The notes under the pieces are model-generated. The model was given only the letters and a program-made list of their open reading frames with translations, had not been told where the DNA came from and made no database searches. The position numbers and the translations under genes were made by a program. A stretch of 64,000 nucleotides of DNA from Octopus sinensis (Eukaryota): the NCBI RefSeq assembly GCF_006345805.1, contig NC_043006.1:45136001-45200000 (forward strand), given 5' to 3'. Below, one piece after another: positions 25,682-39,589 of the stretch (its first letter is position 1; each line of letters opens with the position of its first letter).

Positions 25682-28600
25682 TAGATAGATAGATAGATAA
25701 ACACAGAGAGAGAGCATAGTAAAAATACAATGACTTTAAAAAAGTAAAATTCGATTTAAAACTAATTTAAATATAATCCTTACCACTAAAGGCACAAAGC
25801 TCCTGGAAATTTTGAGAGAGAGTGTTAGTCGATTACATCGACCCCAGGGTAGTTATTTTATAGAACCCGAAATGAAAAAGTAGGCATTGATAGAATTTGA
25901 ACTCAGAACGTAATGCCGAAAGAATGCTGCTTTGCTATCGATTCTGCCTGGCCGCTGCCTTCGAGTTAGATATGATAAAATACCATAACTAGAAATTGTT
26001 TACTTCGTCTGCTATTTGTATGTGCATTGAAATCCTGCAAGTTATTGCTACAAATGGATTTCCCAAAATGCCTTGAGGATAAAAAAAATTGGATCTGTTT
26101 CATAACTTACAAAGTTATCCAACTGCCTTAAAAAAAACTCAGACATTTTTTCAGTGTTTAAGTAACGATTATTGATCATTATCAATAAAATTATTAAAGC
26201 TGACCAGCCATTTACTTACGAACAAACAATACAATTGTGCTTATTCAGCGAGTAAGCTGTAGAAAAACAAACTGGACGTGATTCTAGAAAACTATCTCTA
26301 GATTTGAAATCAGCATGCCAATTTTAGTGAAAAACTTAACAGAATTATGTCTAAAAGTGTTCCCTTGTGTTATTACTAACAAATAATCGATACAATGAAT
26401 GGATCTAGCATAAGATAAACGAGGGTAGAAACTGTGCAAAGATGTAGTCAATGATGTAGATGTTGATTGCGCAGACGATAGAGAGATTTTAACTGGATAG
26501 AAAATAGTGTGTAGATGTTGACTGGAAATATATGTAGATATTGGCTTGACAATTTGGATTTGTTGTTGATGATGCTATATGGGGCACAGATACTCAATGA
26601 TTATGCAATAGAAACAACCTATGTTTGTTTAAGCGCTTGTGTCCACTACTCTTATAAATGTGGAGCATTAATCCCGCAAAAGTAGTTCGTGAATGTCTCA
26701 ACAATCACACAAGTCTCTTAGTTTTGACCTTTCCTAAGTTTTAAGTGTACGAATTTGTCATGCACTTTTCATTTCTTTTTTCTTTGCCGATATCGCTATC
26801 TAATCACTCCACTTACGTCACTAATACCCTCGTAAAAGGCGTGGGATTTTACAAACAATATTTCTTCTCATCGAAAAAATCTTAAGCTTCGTACTTACCT
26901 TGAGAAGGCGACAGGGAACCAGACTAACACACGCTTCTAGTTACACTAAAATAAAGTCACATTTATCTACGTCCAAAATCAGACAAACGGAGACAATCAA
27001 AAAGTTCTATAAGCATTTTTTTTTTAAAGTCTCTTGATGTTTAATATACTTTTGATTCAAAGGTCTGTGCTGACTCAGTATAATAGTTGCATGTCGTTAG
27101 GAATGTTTTTGTTGTTAGCTTTATAAATATCTTTTGTATTTGTTTTACCGACATCAGCTCTTATCAAGCAGAGTTATGAACAAAAACAACCTGAACATGA
27201 TCGTCTCTTCTTTTGCCCGCCTTTTTCAGAAGCATAATCTATGTAAAGCTACGTTCTTCCTCTTGATAAGGTGGTAGAGTGTATTTTTCGTCAACCCATT
27301 CATCGTTTCTTTTGCACATATTCACCATAACCTTACTCGCTTACTCTTTTACTTGTTTCAGTCATTCTTTGGAAGCCTAGTACTTATTCTATTGGTATCT
27401 TTTGCCGAACCGCTAAGTTACGGGGACGTAAACACACCAGTATCTGTTGTCAAGCGATGTTGGTGGGGGGATCAAACACACACACATATATATATATATA
27501 CATATACATATATACGACGGGCTTCTTTCAGTTTCCGTCTACCAAAATCCACTCACAAGGCTTTGGCCGGCCCGAGGCTATAGTACAAGAGACTTGCCCA
27601 AGGTTCCATGCAAGGGGACTGAACCCGGAACCATGTGGTTGATAAGCAAGCTACTTACCACACAGCCACTCATGTGCAACTATTGTGTAACTATTATAGA
27701 TAGGCATGCAACAACCAGTGGCATACTTAGATTTAATATAGCAGTGGAGTGACAAAAGGTAATTTGCTAAAGATGTAATTGGACACACATAATTATGGTG
27801 AATGTGGATAGTTTTCAGACCCTTATACGGTCTTTTCGCCCTAATGACTTTTCTCGGTTTTTGAGGTATCTCAATGCACCACTCACTGATCACGATACAA
27901 GAAAATGACCCAAGAAAATGACGGTTTATCATCCCCAAGACAGTTTCCACAACTTTCTGTGCTGGTCGCTTGCTCTTGAAATTCTTAGGCCTTGGAGAAG
28001 ACGTGTGACACTATTCCATGGTCTGGGCCTTCGTTTCTTGATAATAAAGATACGGCCACACTTTGTCCCCTGTCACTAGACATGGAAAAAACGTATCATT
28101 GGCTTCAAACGTATCCAATTGATCAGACAAGATTTCCACCCCTCCACCACTTCAGATTGGTGTTAACCGCCAAGGTATCCAATTTGCACACATTTTTCGA
28201 TATTCAGTCTTTTGTGTAATTAATGTAAACACAGACCAGTTGTGCAACAAGCACAGTAATTAATCTGTCCGCGTGGATTAATTTGTCCCCTTACTGGCGA
28301 TTCGTGTCAGTAATCGCAGTTGATTATCCCCCACTGTACAGTGTCTTGTCAACACATTTTACTCTTAATCTTTCCATCCATCTTGCATATTGCTCTTGTT
28401 AATAATGTCATTTCCATAAACAACCTGTAGCTTTCTGTGGATGTCTGACCCCTACACCTCTCCTTCAAAAACTCAATGGTGGAACACTGCTTGGAAGCCC
28501 TCAATTATTTGCTTGATATGTAGTAAAACTAGAAGAGTTAACTACAGGGGAAAGAGTTACTCTACCAAAATGTGCAATTTGATCGATCTACATCAGTTAA

Positions 28601-28799
28601 TACAAACAGAAATATATCCTCTTTCGCATTAGTTTGGATATAACCTTCGTATATCAGTAATAAATAATACATCAATGCATCGTTGCATAAACGGAATGTG
28701 TGTATGTGTGCGCGTGCACGTGTGTGTTTGTGTGTGTGCGATAAATTGAAATCGTTATGGTATAAGACAGAAAAAATGGCGACGACGGGAAGAAAGAAG

Positions 28800-28800
28800 G

Positions 28801-28856
<56 letters not shown>

Positions 28857-29012
28857 GGTGGTGGTGGTGGTGGTGGTTGTTATTGTTGTTATTGTTGTAG
28901 AAGAAGAAGAAGAAGAAGAAGAAGAAGAAGAAGAAGAAGAAGAAGAAGAAGAAGAAGAAGAAGAAGAAGAAGAAGAAGAAGAAGAAGAAGAAGAAGAAGA
29001 AGAAGAAGAAAT
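28800..29012. repeat. Compound (GTA)n-(GGT)n-(GAA)n tract
   Basis: Directly visible; poly-S/R/E ORFs are artefacts. Confidence 0.97.
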
Positions 29013-29899
29013 GAGGATGATGATGAAGACGATTTCCAACTTTGGCACAAAGTCACATATTTTTGGGATTCGATTTGATCAACATTTGTATTTGAGTAGC
29101 ACTTGTTTTACCGATTTTGCAGTCTAAAAGTCCAAGTCAGCGTTAAGGCCTCTTCGAAAAGAGGAAAACTCATACAAATCATTATGCTGTGGAATAGACG
29201 GGAAACAAAATTATAAATACTTTAGAATCACGTAGCTTAACAGAATCCAAGTCATACACAGAAAAAGAACGTGTAGAATATTATAATCGCCTCTGGTTGA
29301 TGCTCAAAAATAAGTTTTCAGTATCGAAGTTCTTCCTGTAATAGTTTCAAGTTTTGGCAAAGGGACAGCAGCTGTTGAGGGAAAAAGTTATGGACCCCGA
29401 TAGGATGAATTGTAAGGTCGACCTCGGTAGAACTTGAGCCCAGGACGTAAAAACGTACGGAATACCGCTAAGCATTTTGTCTTTTGTGCTAACGCTTCGA
29501 CCAGCTCACCGTCTTAATTGGTTCGCTAATAAAATATCGTTAAATTAATTAATTAAATTATTTATAGGTATAATATTGTTGTTGTTGTTTCATCCTTTAG
29601 AAGGAATAGTTGTTTGTTCCTTCTAGAGCTACGCCTAGCCTTCCCGGTTTCTTTGGCGTATAGATTCCCCACCTGGACGGGACGCCAGTCCGTCGCAAGT
29701 GAGCTGCAAGATGCAGGAGGAAAGAGTGAGAGAAAGTTGTGGCGAAAGAGTCTGCAGAAGTTCGCCATTACCTTTTGTCCGAGCCGCGTGGAGCTTAGGT
29801 GTTTCGCTCATAAACACACACATAGCTCGGTCTGAGATTCGAACCCGCGGTCCCTCGACCGTGAGTCCGTTGTTCTATAACCCTTTCCGCAACTGGCAC

Positions 29900-30235
29900 A
29901 AAGCCTGAAATTTTGTGGAAGAGGAGGAAGTCGAATACTTAACCGGTTCTTATTTTATTGATCCGGATAAGTATAAAAGGCAAAGTCGACCTCGGTGGAA
30001 TTTGAACTAAGAACATATAGACAGACGAAATACCTATTTCTTTACTGCCCACAAGGGGCTAAACACAGAGGGGACAAACAAGGACAGACAAACGGATTAA
30101 GTCGATTACATCGACCCCAGTGCGTAACTGGTACTTAATTTATCGACCCCGAAAGGATGAAAGGCAAAGTCGACCTCGGCGGAATTTGAACTAAGAACAT
30201 ATAGACAGACGAAATACCTATTTCTTTACTGCCCA
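29900..30235 (-). mobile_element. Family A SINE tandem multimer (internal units)
   Basis: Units joined at GAAATACC|TATTTCTTTACT (about 30030 and 30210). Confidence 0.85.
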
Positions 30236-30707
30236 GTGATTATTGAGCGAAAACACCTAAAGCTCCACGAGACTCCGGCAGGGGGTGGTGATGGCGAACC
30301 CTACTTTCTCTCACTCTTTGTTACTGTTTCTCTTGTACCTGTATTTGAAAGGGCCAGCCTTATCCCACTCTGTGTGACGCTGAATCTTCCTGAGAACTAC
30401 GTTAAAGGTACACGTGTCTGTGGAATGCTCAGCCACTTGCACATTAATTTCACGAGCAGACTGTTCTGTTGATCGGATCAACTGGAACCCTCGTCGTCGT
30501 AACCGACGGAGTGTCACGAAAACAGTGTAGAAGTGAACAGAAAAAAAATGCACTTACAAATTACACCGTCTTAGTAACTGTTCATCGAAAAACACTATGG
30601 TAGTTAAGCAATAGAGCTTATCATGCCATTTGTAAGTGGCACAACTGTAGTGATACACAAATATTGATACAACGACTTTGACTAAATGACCTACATTCCA
30701 GAAAATA

Positions 30708-31284
30708 CTATTCTACTCTAGGCGCAAGGCCCGAAATTTTGGGGAAGGGGGTGCCAGTCGTTAGATCGACCCCGGTACGCAAATAGTGCTTAATTTATCG
30801 AAAAGATGAAAGGCAAAGTCGATCTCGGCGGAATTTGAACCCAGAACGTAGCGGCAGACGAAATACCTATTTCTTTACTGCCCACAAGGGGCTATACACA
30901 GAGAGGACAAACAAGGACAGACAAACGGATTAAGTCGGTTACATCGACCCCAGTGTGTAACTGGTACTTAATTTATCGACCCCGAAAGGATGAAAGGCAA
31001 AGTCGACCTCGGCGGAATTTGAACTAAGAACGTAGCGGCAGCCGAAATACCTATTTCTTTACTGCCCACAAGGGGCTATACACAGAGAGGACAAACAAGG
31101 ACAGACAAAGGGATTAAGTCGATTATATCGACCCCAGTGCGTAACTGGTACTCATTTAATCGACCCCGAAAGGATGAAAGGCAAAGTTGACCTCAGCGGA
31201 ATTTGAACTCAGAACGTAACGGCAGACGAAATACAGCTACGCATTTCGCCCGGCGTGCTAACGTTTTTGCCAGCTCTCCGCCTT
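30708..31284 (-). mobile_element. Family A SINE trimer flanked by a single 16-bp TSD
   Basis: TACATTCCAGAAAATA at 30692-30707 and 31285-31300; one head followed by three units. Confidence 0.88.
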
Positions 31285-31306
31285 TACATTCCAGAAAATA
31301 GTAATA

Positions 31307-31528
31307 TAGTAATCCTTCGACTATCGCGATTGTTACGTTCCAAACTCCACCGCGATAGGTGAAAATCCGCGAAGTAGAAACAGTACTGTACTGAATATTT
31401 AAAAAATTATTTTTATAATTTGTTTATATTCATTTTATCATAAATGCAAAACAACTCCACGGAGGAATCGACGTAAGCTTAAATAATAAACCGCGATAGA
31501 TGAACCGCAATATGGCGAGGAATTACTA
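31307..31528. mobile_element. pogo/Tigger-like MITE
   Basis: TA-flanked imperfect TIRs TAGTAATCCTTCG ... CGAGGAATTACTA. Confidence 0.7.
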
Positions 31529-31714
31529 TATTAGGATCTGTAAACATCCTTAAGGTATTCTCGCGCAATATTTGTTAACCTTGAACATTTTTAGTAATTT
31601 CATCATATTCGTTATCACTGGATTTTTCTTACTCTCAAAGATTCTTCATGCAACTTTCTGGCTAACCTTGAATATATTCATCACTATTGATCGTTCTTCC
31701 TAACCTTGAACATT

Positions 31715-32020
31715 TATTTACATTATTTACATTATTTACATTTGACGGATATTTGTCCTCATCTTATTTGTTGTTAACACAACGTTTCGGCTGATATACC
31801 CTCCAGCCTTCTTCAGGTGTCTTGGGGAAATTTCAAACCTGGATTCTCATTCCTAAGGTACTTTTCGATGTTATTATTATTAATATTATTATTATTGTTA
31901 TTGTTCAGGTCACTGCTTGTAATCGAACTCGGAAGCTTGGGGTTTGTAGCCCGCGCTCTTAACCACTACGCCATATGCCCGTGTGTACATAATTCCTCAT
32001 CTCTTAAATATAGAACTGTA
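31715..32020 (-). mobile_element. Short element: tRNA-like head, (AAT)n, linker, hammerhead, (TGTAAATAA)n tail
   Basis: Minus strand: GGGCATA-TGGCGTAGTGGTT..GAGTTCGATT (A/B boxes, 31980-31905), then the HHR at 31821-31776, then tail repeats at about 31745-31715. Confidence 0.8.
31776..31821 (-). ncRNA. Minimal type I hammerhead ribozyme
   Basis: GACAC-CUGAAGA-A-GGCUG-gaggguauau-CAGCC-GAAAC-GUU-GUGUU; stem III is the palindrome AACGUU. Confidence 0.85.
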
Positions 32021-33821
32021 TTTACTCGTTCTCCAATATTTATCTAACTCTTGTCCCTAGACAGGGAACGATTTGTATATTTCTCATTATACAGGTCATG
32101 TTTCTGATTTAGGTACAAAGCCAGCAATTTTGATGAAATGGGTTTAGTTGTTATCATCAACACCTCAGTACTCGGTTGGTACTTATTTTATCGACCCAAA
32201 GGCAAAGTTGACATTGGTAGGATTTGGAATCAAACCATCTATAATAAAAGTAACAATAATAATAAAATAAAAACGAAACAGACTTTTCGATACAAAGTAA
32301 AATGAAGAGAATTTAAAATAAAAACTAACGCTGTGTCTATAAATAAGTCAATTAACAATACAAACACGACTGACCGAGTCAGAATGTGTCATGAAGTTCA
32401 TTGTGTAACATCATTACTTTCACGATACGAGAGTAATGTAATACGTGCCTCAGATTCAACGTGTTGGCTCGCAGAAGATAAAGAGTCTTACAGATAAAGT
32501 CCAAAAGAAAATTAAATCAAAAGTGGATGCGCTAATGTACAGTACATTGAAGTGTTGCAATCCTATTATACATCAATACAATATCCAACAAACATGTGTT
32601 CTATAAAAGAGACAACAAAATCGATAAACATCAATCTACGCAAACACCTGTTCCAGTTACACACAAACAGGCATTGCCACGAGAGAATATAACAGGACCC
32701 CGTGAGATATTCTTTCCACAGAAACAGACTGATTGGTTTAATCTATTCAGTAGCAATGATAGTATCAAGAAAAACCGGGTTTCGTCTTGTGGAAAATAAT
32801 GTTCTCTTCTGTTTTTTAATACTTCAAATTCTTCCTCTGAGGAAGGAGCTGGTGGTTTCTAACAAAGATACAAGACGCCATCGTTGGAATGTTGATAACG
32901 AAAACAATGTCACATTTTAAACAGCGAAAAGTCTTGCATATTTTTACTTTTCCGCTTACAGATTATATTTGTAATATGCGAGTTAGTTCATAGATTATAC
33001 ATATAGACATGTGTATTATATTATATTATATTATATCATATATTATATTATATTATATTATATTATATTATATTATATTATATTATATTATTATATTATA
33101 TTATATTATATTATATTATATTGTATCATAGGGCAGGCGTGGTTGTGTGGTAAGAAGTTTGCTTCCCAACCACATGGTTCCGAGTTCAGTTACGTTGCGT
33201 GGCACCTCGGACAAGAGTCTTCTACTATAGCCTCCGGCCGATCAAAGCCTTGTGATTTGATTTGGTAGACGGAAACTGAAAGAAGCTCGCCGTATGTGTT
33301 TGTGTGTGTGTATGTATGTTTGTGTCTGCGTTTGTTTCCCACCACTGCTTGACAACCGGTGCTGGAGTAATTACGTTCCTATAATCTTGCAGTTCGGCAT
33401 GAGAGATCGATAGAAAAAGTACCAGGCTTTAAAAAAAAAGTACTGGGGTCGATTAATTTGCTTAAAAATTCTTCAAGGCGGTGCCCCGGCATGTCCGCAA
33501 TCTAATGGCTGAAACAAGTCAAGGGTATATATACCCATGTATATACACATACTTATATCAAATTTTCTTTATTTTCCACGCACCGAGATGGTGTCAGCTC
33601 TTCTGGTGACGTTGATGTTCGCCTGGGGCTAAATGCATCAGTAACACCCCCACCACCCCGCCCTGACCCTAGCCACATTCAGATGGCTGAACCCCCTTAT
33701 GTTTATTCTAGTATTATAGGCCTATTCCGACTTCGATGGGTACAATAATTCAGAGTAATAATAATACTTTATTTACATTATTTACATTTGACGGATATTT
33801 GTCCTCATCTTGTTTGTTGTT

Positions 33822-33867
33822 AACACAACGTTTCGGCTGATATACCCTCCAGCCTTCATCAGGTGTC
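33822..33867 (-). ncRNA. Minimal type I hammerhead ribozyme (same family), canonical CUGAUGA core
   Basis: GACAC-CUGAUGA-A-GGCUG-gaggguauau-CAGCC-GAAAC-GUU-GUGUU within a headless copy of the element (about 33765-33910). Confidence 0.88.
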
Positions 33868-33935
33868 TTGGGGAAATTTCGAACCTGGGTTCTCATTCCT
33901 AAGGTGTTTTTTGATGTTGTTGTTATTATTATTAT

Positions 33936-33971
<36 letters not shown>

Positions 33972-34496
33972 GGTTAGAGTTAGGGTTAGTAGTAGTAGTA
34001 GTGTTTTTGTTGTCTTTTTTCGCAACATGGGCAATGCAACGAGAAATTACCAAATCAATTCGTGTTTATTTTAAATCGAGAATGAGAGACATGGAAAATA
34101 ACGGTATATAAAGGAATGAAACTTCCCAAGTAGAGGGACAGCTAATTAGGGCCATTCAAGGAACCCCAAAGATCCCCGATAACCCTTCCTGATAAAGGCA
34201 ATGCCTTCTTCAAGCGGTTGTCCTGCCAACAAGCTCAGAATGAGAGCAGAAAAGATAAAGCACCAGCAGTAGAGATCTGATTGTAGCTGCACAGGATCAG
34301 TTTTTTGATAAACACACACAAACACAAGTACGCACACCAGCATGGCTGAATTGCAGGTAGTTTATTTTTTTCCATTGGACAATAAGCGGACACCCCCAAT
34401 TCAAAACAGAAAATATTTGCGCAAACGAGGGAAATTCTTTGTGGTCATTCCATTTGCTAAGAATAGCAAATAAATGTTTCTCACTCTTTTTCTGTC

Positions 34497-34568
<72 letters not shown>

Positions 34569-34698
34569 TCTCTCTTTTCACCTTCCCTCCCTCTCTGTCT
34601 CTCCAAAAGATAAGAAAATTAGAATACCGTTTAAACTTATTTAAAAAATACACATTCATATCTGAACTTGCATAGGATAAACCAGCATTCGCGCGCAC

Positions 34699-34756
<58 letters not shown>

Positions 34757-35888
34757 TAACACGCACACATGTGAATATGTTGGTCGAAAGACGAGAGCAT
34801 TTGTCATCATTGATATTTAAACTATTTTGAAGAACTAGCACAAATCATCGCCATATTTCGTCAGTAAACAAATTGAATCGAGGTACTTACCGAATTACAG
34901 ATTTTTCCTGAAGATAACAGCTGTGATGGGGGGTAACAACCAAACTACTAAGCACCAAAGAAAACGAGGTATTTGCTTAGATTTTTATCTCATTCAGGTA
35001 AACACTTAACAAATTGTATATGCGAATACATAAAACAAACAAACGAGATAAGGTTTGATTTTGCTTTGGTATTTTTTTTTTGACAAAATAAAAACTAAGA
35101 ATTCTTAATTTTTCCTTAATCCGTTGTCTTAGCTGGAATTGTAGCTGTTGTTGTTATTTTTCATGTTGTTTTCGTGTTGCTCTGCTGTTGTTGTTGTTGT
35201 CGTTATCCTTTGTATTCGCCAATTTCCTTTTCAACACCAGTGAAAAACGCTCTTCCGTAAGTATTGATAAAGTTTTGTTACAGCTGATATTGTTGTTGTG
35301 GCGGTGGTTTTCGTGGTAGATTTACCGATGTCTGAGGAGCAAATTTATGCGTGTATGTGTGTGTGTGAGAAAGAGAGCGAGATGGTTTTAAAAAGATTTT
35401 ATATTAACTGCTCATTTCTACCCCCTTTTTTTTTATTTGTAGAATATCATTGGAAGAAGGCTATTATATAAGTATTGCCTGACAACTGTTGTTGTTATCG
35501 ATCTTGTTGCTGTATCTGAAGGATGATCTACATCGCCAATGGGGAGAAAAAGTATCTGTGATTATGGATTTGGTCTTAGTATTGACTCGCAATCGTATGA
35601 CAATTCTGCGAAAATATACAACTGTTGCTGTTCATCTTCGAATGGATCTGAACGCTTGTCCCATCTTTCTACCTATACGTAATTGGACTGATGCATGTAT
35701 ATGCATGTGTGTGTGTGTGTGTGTATGTATTTATGCACATACGGTATATTACATACATGTGTGTGTGTGAGTCTGTGTATGTATAAGAATGTGAGGTTGT
35801 GATCAGAATGAGAGTATATGCTTGAGTGAGTTTCTCGTGTTCGTACAATTATTTTGTATGCTGCAGTATTGACACGTATGTGTGTGTA

Positions 35889-35926
<38 letters not shown>

Positions 35927-36553
35927 GAGACAGACAGAGACACTGGGAGACAGACAGACAGACAGACAGATAGGAAGACAAAGAGACCGGTAGACTGACA
36001 GATATTTGAATACAGGTGTAAGTTGATGTTTGCACAAATGTAAACAACCGTACCTGGTCGTGGGACTACAGTATCTTTTTGTATGTGTCAGTGTTTATGT
36101 ATTTAAAAGAAAGAAATATTATTTATGCATGTGCCCATATAAAGTATGTGTGTGCGAGTGTGCGTGTGTATGTACATGTCAGGTGTATGTACATGTCAGG
36201 TGTATTTATGAAAGTATTTGTGCATGGAGATAAATATCATAAATAATAAGGAGACATTTCCCAGGTACAATCTCAGAGTGCTCTTGGTAAGCACCTACAG
36301 AAACATGTTTGGTCACCTGCTAATATGGTGAAAATACCAGTGATAATCTATCTAAGTAAATATGCATCTATATTTATATACAAGTGTGTGCGTGTGAGAG
36401 AGAGAGGGGGAGAGAGAGGTGGGGAGAGTACGTCCGTACGTGTATATGTGTCCTGTATATGTCAGATTACGAACCTAAGATGTTGTATGATTTTGACGGC
36501 AGAGCGCAGTTAGATTTTTAATAAAGCTGAAAGAATAAAACTTTGAAAAAACT

Positions 36554-36591
<38 letters not shown>

Positions 36592-36809
36592 TATATGTAT
36601 ATATATGGATGCGCGTTTTGAATATGTGTGTGTGTGTGCATGTGTATGTATGTACATACATATATAAATATGTGTGTGTGTATACATGCTAAGGCGCATG
36701 TATGTATACGTATATATGTATATGCGTGCGTGTTTACATATTAGTGCTCTATATATCCATATATATATATATACATATATATATACAGTCACTCACACAC
36801 ACCACACAC

Positions 36810-36853
<44 letters not shown>

Positions 36854-37528
36854 ATATATTCTGTAAATATAATTATAAGCTTAAGCTTATAAGCGTTCAC
36901 TGTTTATACACAAGTATATATATATATATATATAATATATATATATATATATAATATATATATATATATAATATATATATATATACACGCGCGCGTATAC
37001 ATGATTAGAAGCATATACGCACATGGACATAGACTGATTTATACATACTTACATGCATGTATGTATACATACATACACACATACATACACACGCACACAC
37101 ATACATACATACATACATACATACATACATACATACATACATACATACATACATACATGCATACATACATATGATCAATAAATATCGATCAAATGCACCA
37201 ATCAATAATATCGAAATTGGATTTCAGCGGAAATTTTTTTTTTTTTTGTATTTATTCTTCGAGGAAAGCCAGTTAACCGTTTCATTTTGGACTTCGAGTG
37301 GTTTTTCTGATAGAATTTCTTCATCTTAACGCAAGAAAAATGTTCTAGTTGTTGTTGTAGGTAGTTCGTGGTTGTGGTGGTGGTGGTGGTGGCGATGGTG
37401 GCGATGGTGGTGGTGGTCGTCGTCGTCGTTGTCAGTGTCGGTGTCGTTGTCATCATAGTTGTGGAGGTTGTGGTAGTAATGGTGTCAGTAGTAGTAGTAG
37501 TAGTAGTAGTAGCAGCAGCAGCAGCAAC

Positions 37529-37609
<81 letters not shown>

Positions 37610-38669
37610 GGTGGTGGTGGTAGTGTATTTGTTGTTGTTTACGCTGCTGCTGCTGTTCTCGTTGTTTAAGCTCAAGGTATTTCCTGATCGAGAAAGCAGA
37701 CTAATGACCAAAAAATTATACCAACCATTATTACATTCCTGTCTTTTCTTCTTATCATGCTTGGCACATCATTAATCGTTTGAGGGATATTTGGTTGCTA
37801 CTTTTAACAGTTCACCGACTAGGTTGAGGCTCCCTTTGCTCACCCGTGGCTGGCACCTGCTCTGTGGGACCAATCGTTCGAAAATATTCAGTCTATCGCT
37901 GGCAGTATTGTCACTTCATAAATAGAAGGAAAAGTCAAATGGAGGGTGACCTCAGTCAAGTGGCACAGCCACCGTGGGTGCTGCCAGACGCACCCGTCGA
38001 GTTTTCCACCGAGGTCCCTCCACCAGGGACCCCCACAAGCCTATTCAAGCTTATACAGCACCCATAAAAGTGTCACTCGAAGCGGAGCGGACCGGGTCTC
38101 TGCCTCTCCACTCCAAATTACACTACTAAACGCTATCGCTACACACCCACACAACCCACACGCGTACACACATACACATACAACCATACGCACACACAAC
38201 CACATTCGTACAACACATACAGTCACATGCATGCAAACATATATAGAATACAAATACGAACGCTCTCATGCAGATGCATACACGCACACCTGCACACACA
38301 TGCAACCACTTATATACATGAACACATACACCTGCACAACCATACAGCGACCTTATACACATACATACATACACATACATACATACATACATACCCACTC
38401 AGGCGTGCATATATACCAACAAGCGTGTGTGTGAGTATATGTGTGTGTGTGTGTGTGTGAGATAGAGAGAGAGATTGTGTGTGTGAGTGTGTGTGTGTTT
38501 CTGCGCGCGCGCGTGTGTGTGTGTGTGTGTGTATTCACACAAATATATACGCTCGTAAACAATCACGTTGACAAACAAATTGACAGACCATAAATAGATA
38601 AAAATGCCAAGTTGATTTACTTTCGTCATTCAAATATCAGTGACAACTACACACACAACAACAACAAGA

Positions 38670-39235
38670 GTGGAGGCGCAATGACCCAGTGAGTAGGGCA
38701 ACGGACTCACGGTCGTAAGAACGCAGTTTCGATTCTCAGACCAGGCATTGGCATTGTGAGTGTTTATTGAGCAAAAAGACATAAGCTCCACGAAGCTCCG
38801 ACGGAGTGGCTGAACCTCGCTGTACTCTTTCACCATAACTTTCTCTCACTCTTTCTTCCTACTTCTCCCACAAAACAGAGGAACTATGGTGTGGTAAACT
38901 TTCAGACCCTAATCTAGATTGCGAATCCTCTGTACCCCAGGATGGTTCAGCTCTCCACCCGTTAAGAGCCACCGTTTACGGAATGAGGATAACAAAGAAG
39001 CTTTCGCGCCCGTGCAACCGCAAGTCTATCGCGTGTGGTGGGTGGATCAGCAAGTTGCCACGCGCATTCTTAGTAGCTTACAGTAGGCTCGAATTTGAGA
39101 TTATTGTTTGTGGCTAATGGCGTGAGTCATTAGAAGAAGAAGAAGAAGAAGAAGAAGAAGAAGAAGAAGAAGAAGAAGAAGAAGAAGAAGAAGAAGAAGA
39201 AGAAGAAGAAGAAGAAGAAGAAGAAGAAGAAGAAG
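38670..39235 (+). mobile_element. Family C SINE head/core with a distinct tail ending in (GAA)n
   Basis: GTGGAGGCGCAATGACCCAGTG..GTTTCGATTCTC head; core TGTACTCTTTCACC..CTTTCTCTCACTC; unique tail; (GAA)n from about 39132. Confidence 0.75.
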
Positions 39236-39589
39236 ACAAGATACTTGCCTAAAATGCCATGCAGTAAGATATAACTTGAAACCACTCGGTTACAAAACAA
39301 TCTCCAAATTCATACGTCCATGCCTACAACTTACGTACACACAGGCACACAAAAATTCACATACATATTTATATGGACACACGCACACACATGTACACCC
39401 TCACAACACGAAGCATATTGCTTAAGCTTCCCCATTCTTTGTTATCAACTGATATTATAACTCGTTATTGAATATCGTTTTCTGAATTTCTCATAAAGGT
39501 TTATCCCAAGACCTCCTTGTAGGTCGAATGTGTTCCACGCATAGCATATTAAACAATACAATTAGAGAGATAGATAAAAAGATAGATAT

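Noticed and set aside
26899-26945. Minus-strand AG...GTAAGT candidate exon
   Set aside because: Stops in all three frames, and GTAAGT is frequent by chance in AT-rich DNA
31905-31980. tRNA-like sequences here and in other SINE heads as real tRNA genes
   Set aside because: A/B boxes are present but no complete cloverleaf or acceptor stem is seen, and each continues into a SINE body
32833-32925. CUGAGGA ... GAAA on the plus strand as a hammerhead
   Set aside because: No stem II or stem III pairing adjacent to the core motifs
33969-33989. TTAGGG-like units
   Set aside because: Only about three imperfect units inside a (TAG)n tract; explicable as microsatellite drift
34891-34920. 30-nt minus-strand candidate microexon with good splice signals
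   Set aside because: No linked exons or homology support; cannot be distinguished from chance without RNA data
37846-38130. GC-richer segment with 73-aa and 162-aa ORFs
   Set aside because: No recognisable domain or convincing splice boundaries; the longer ORF runs into a CA microsatellite
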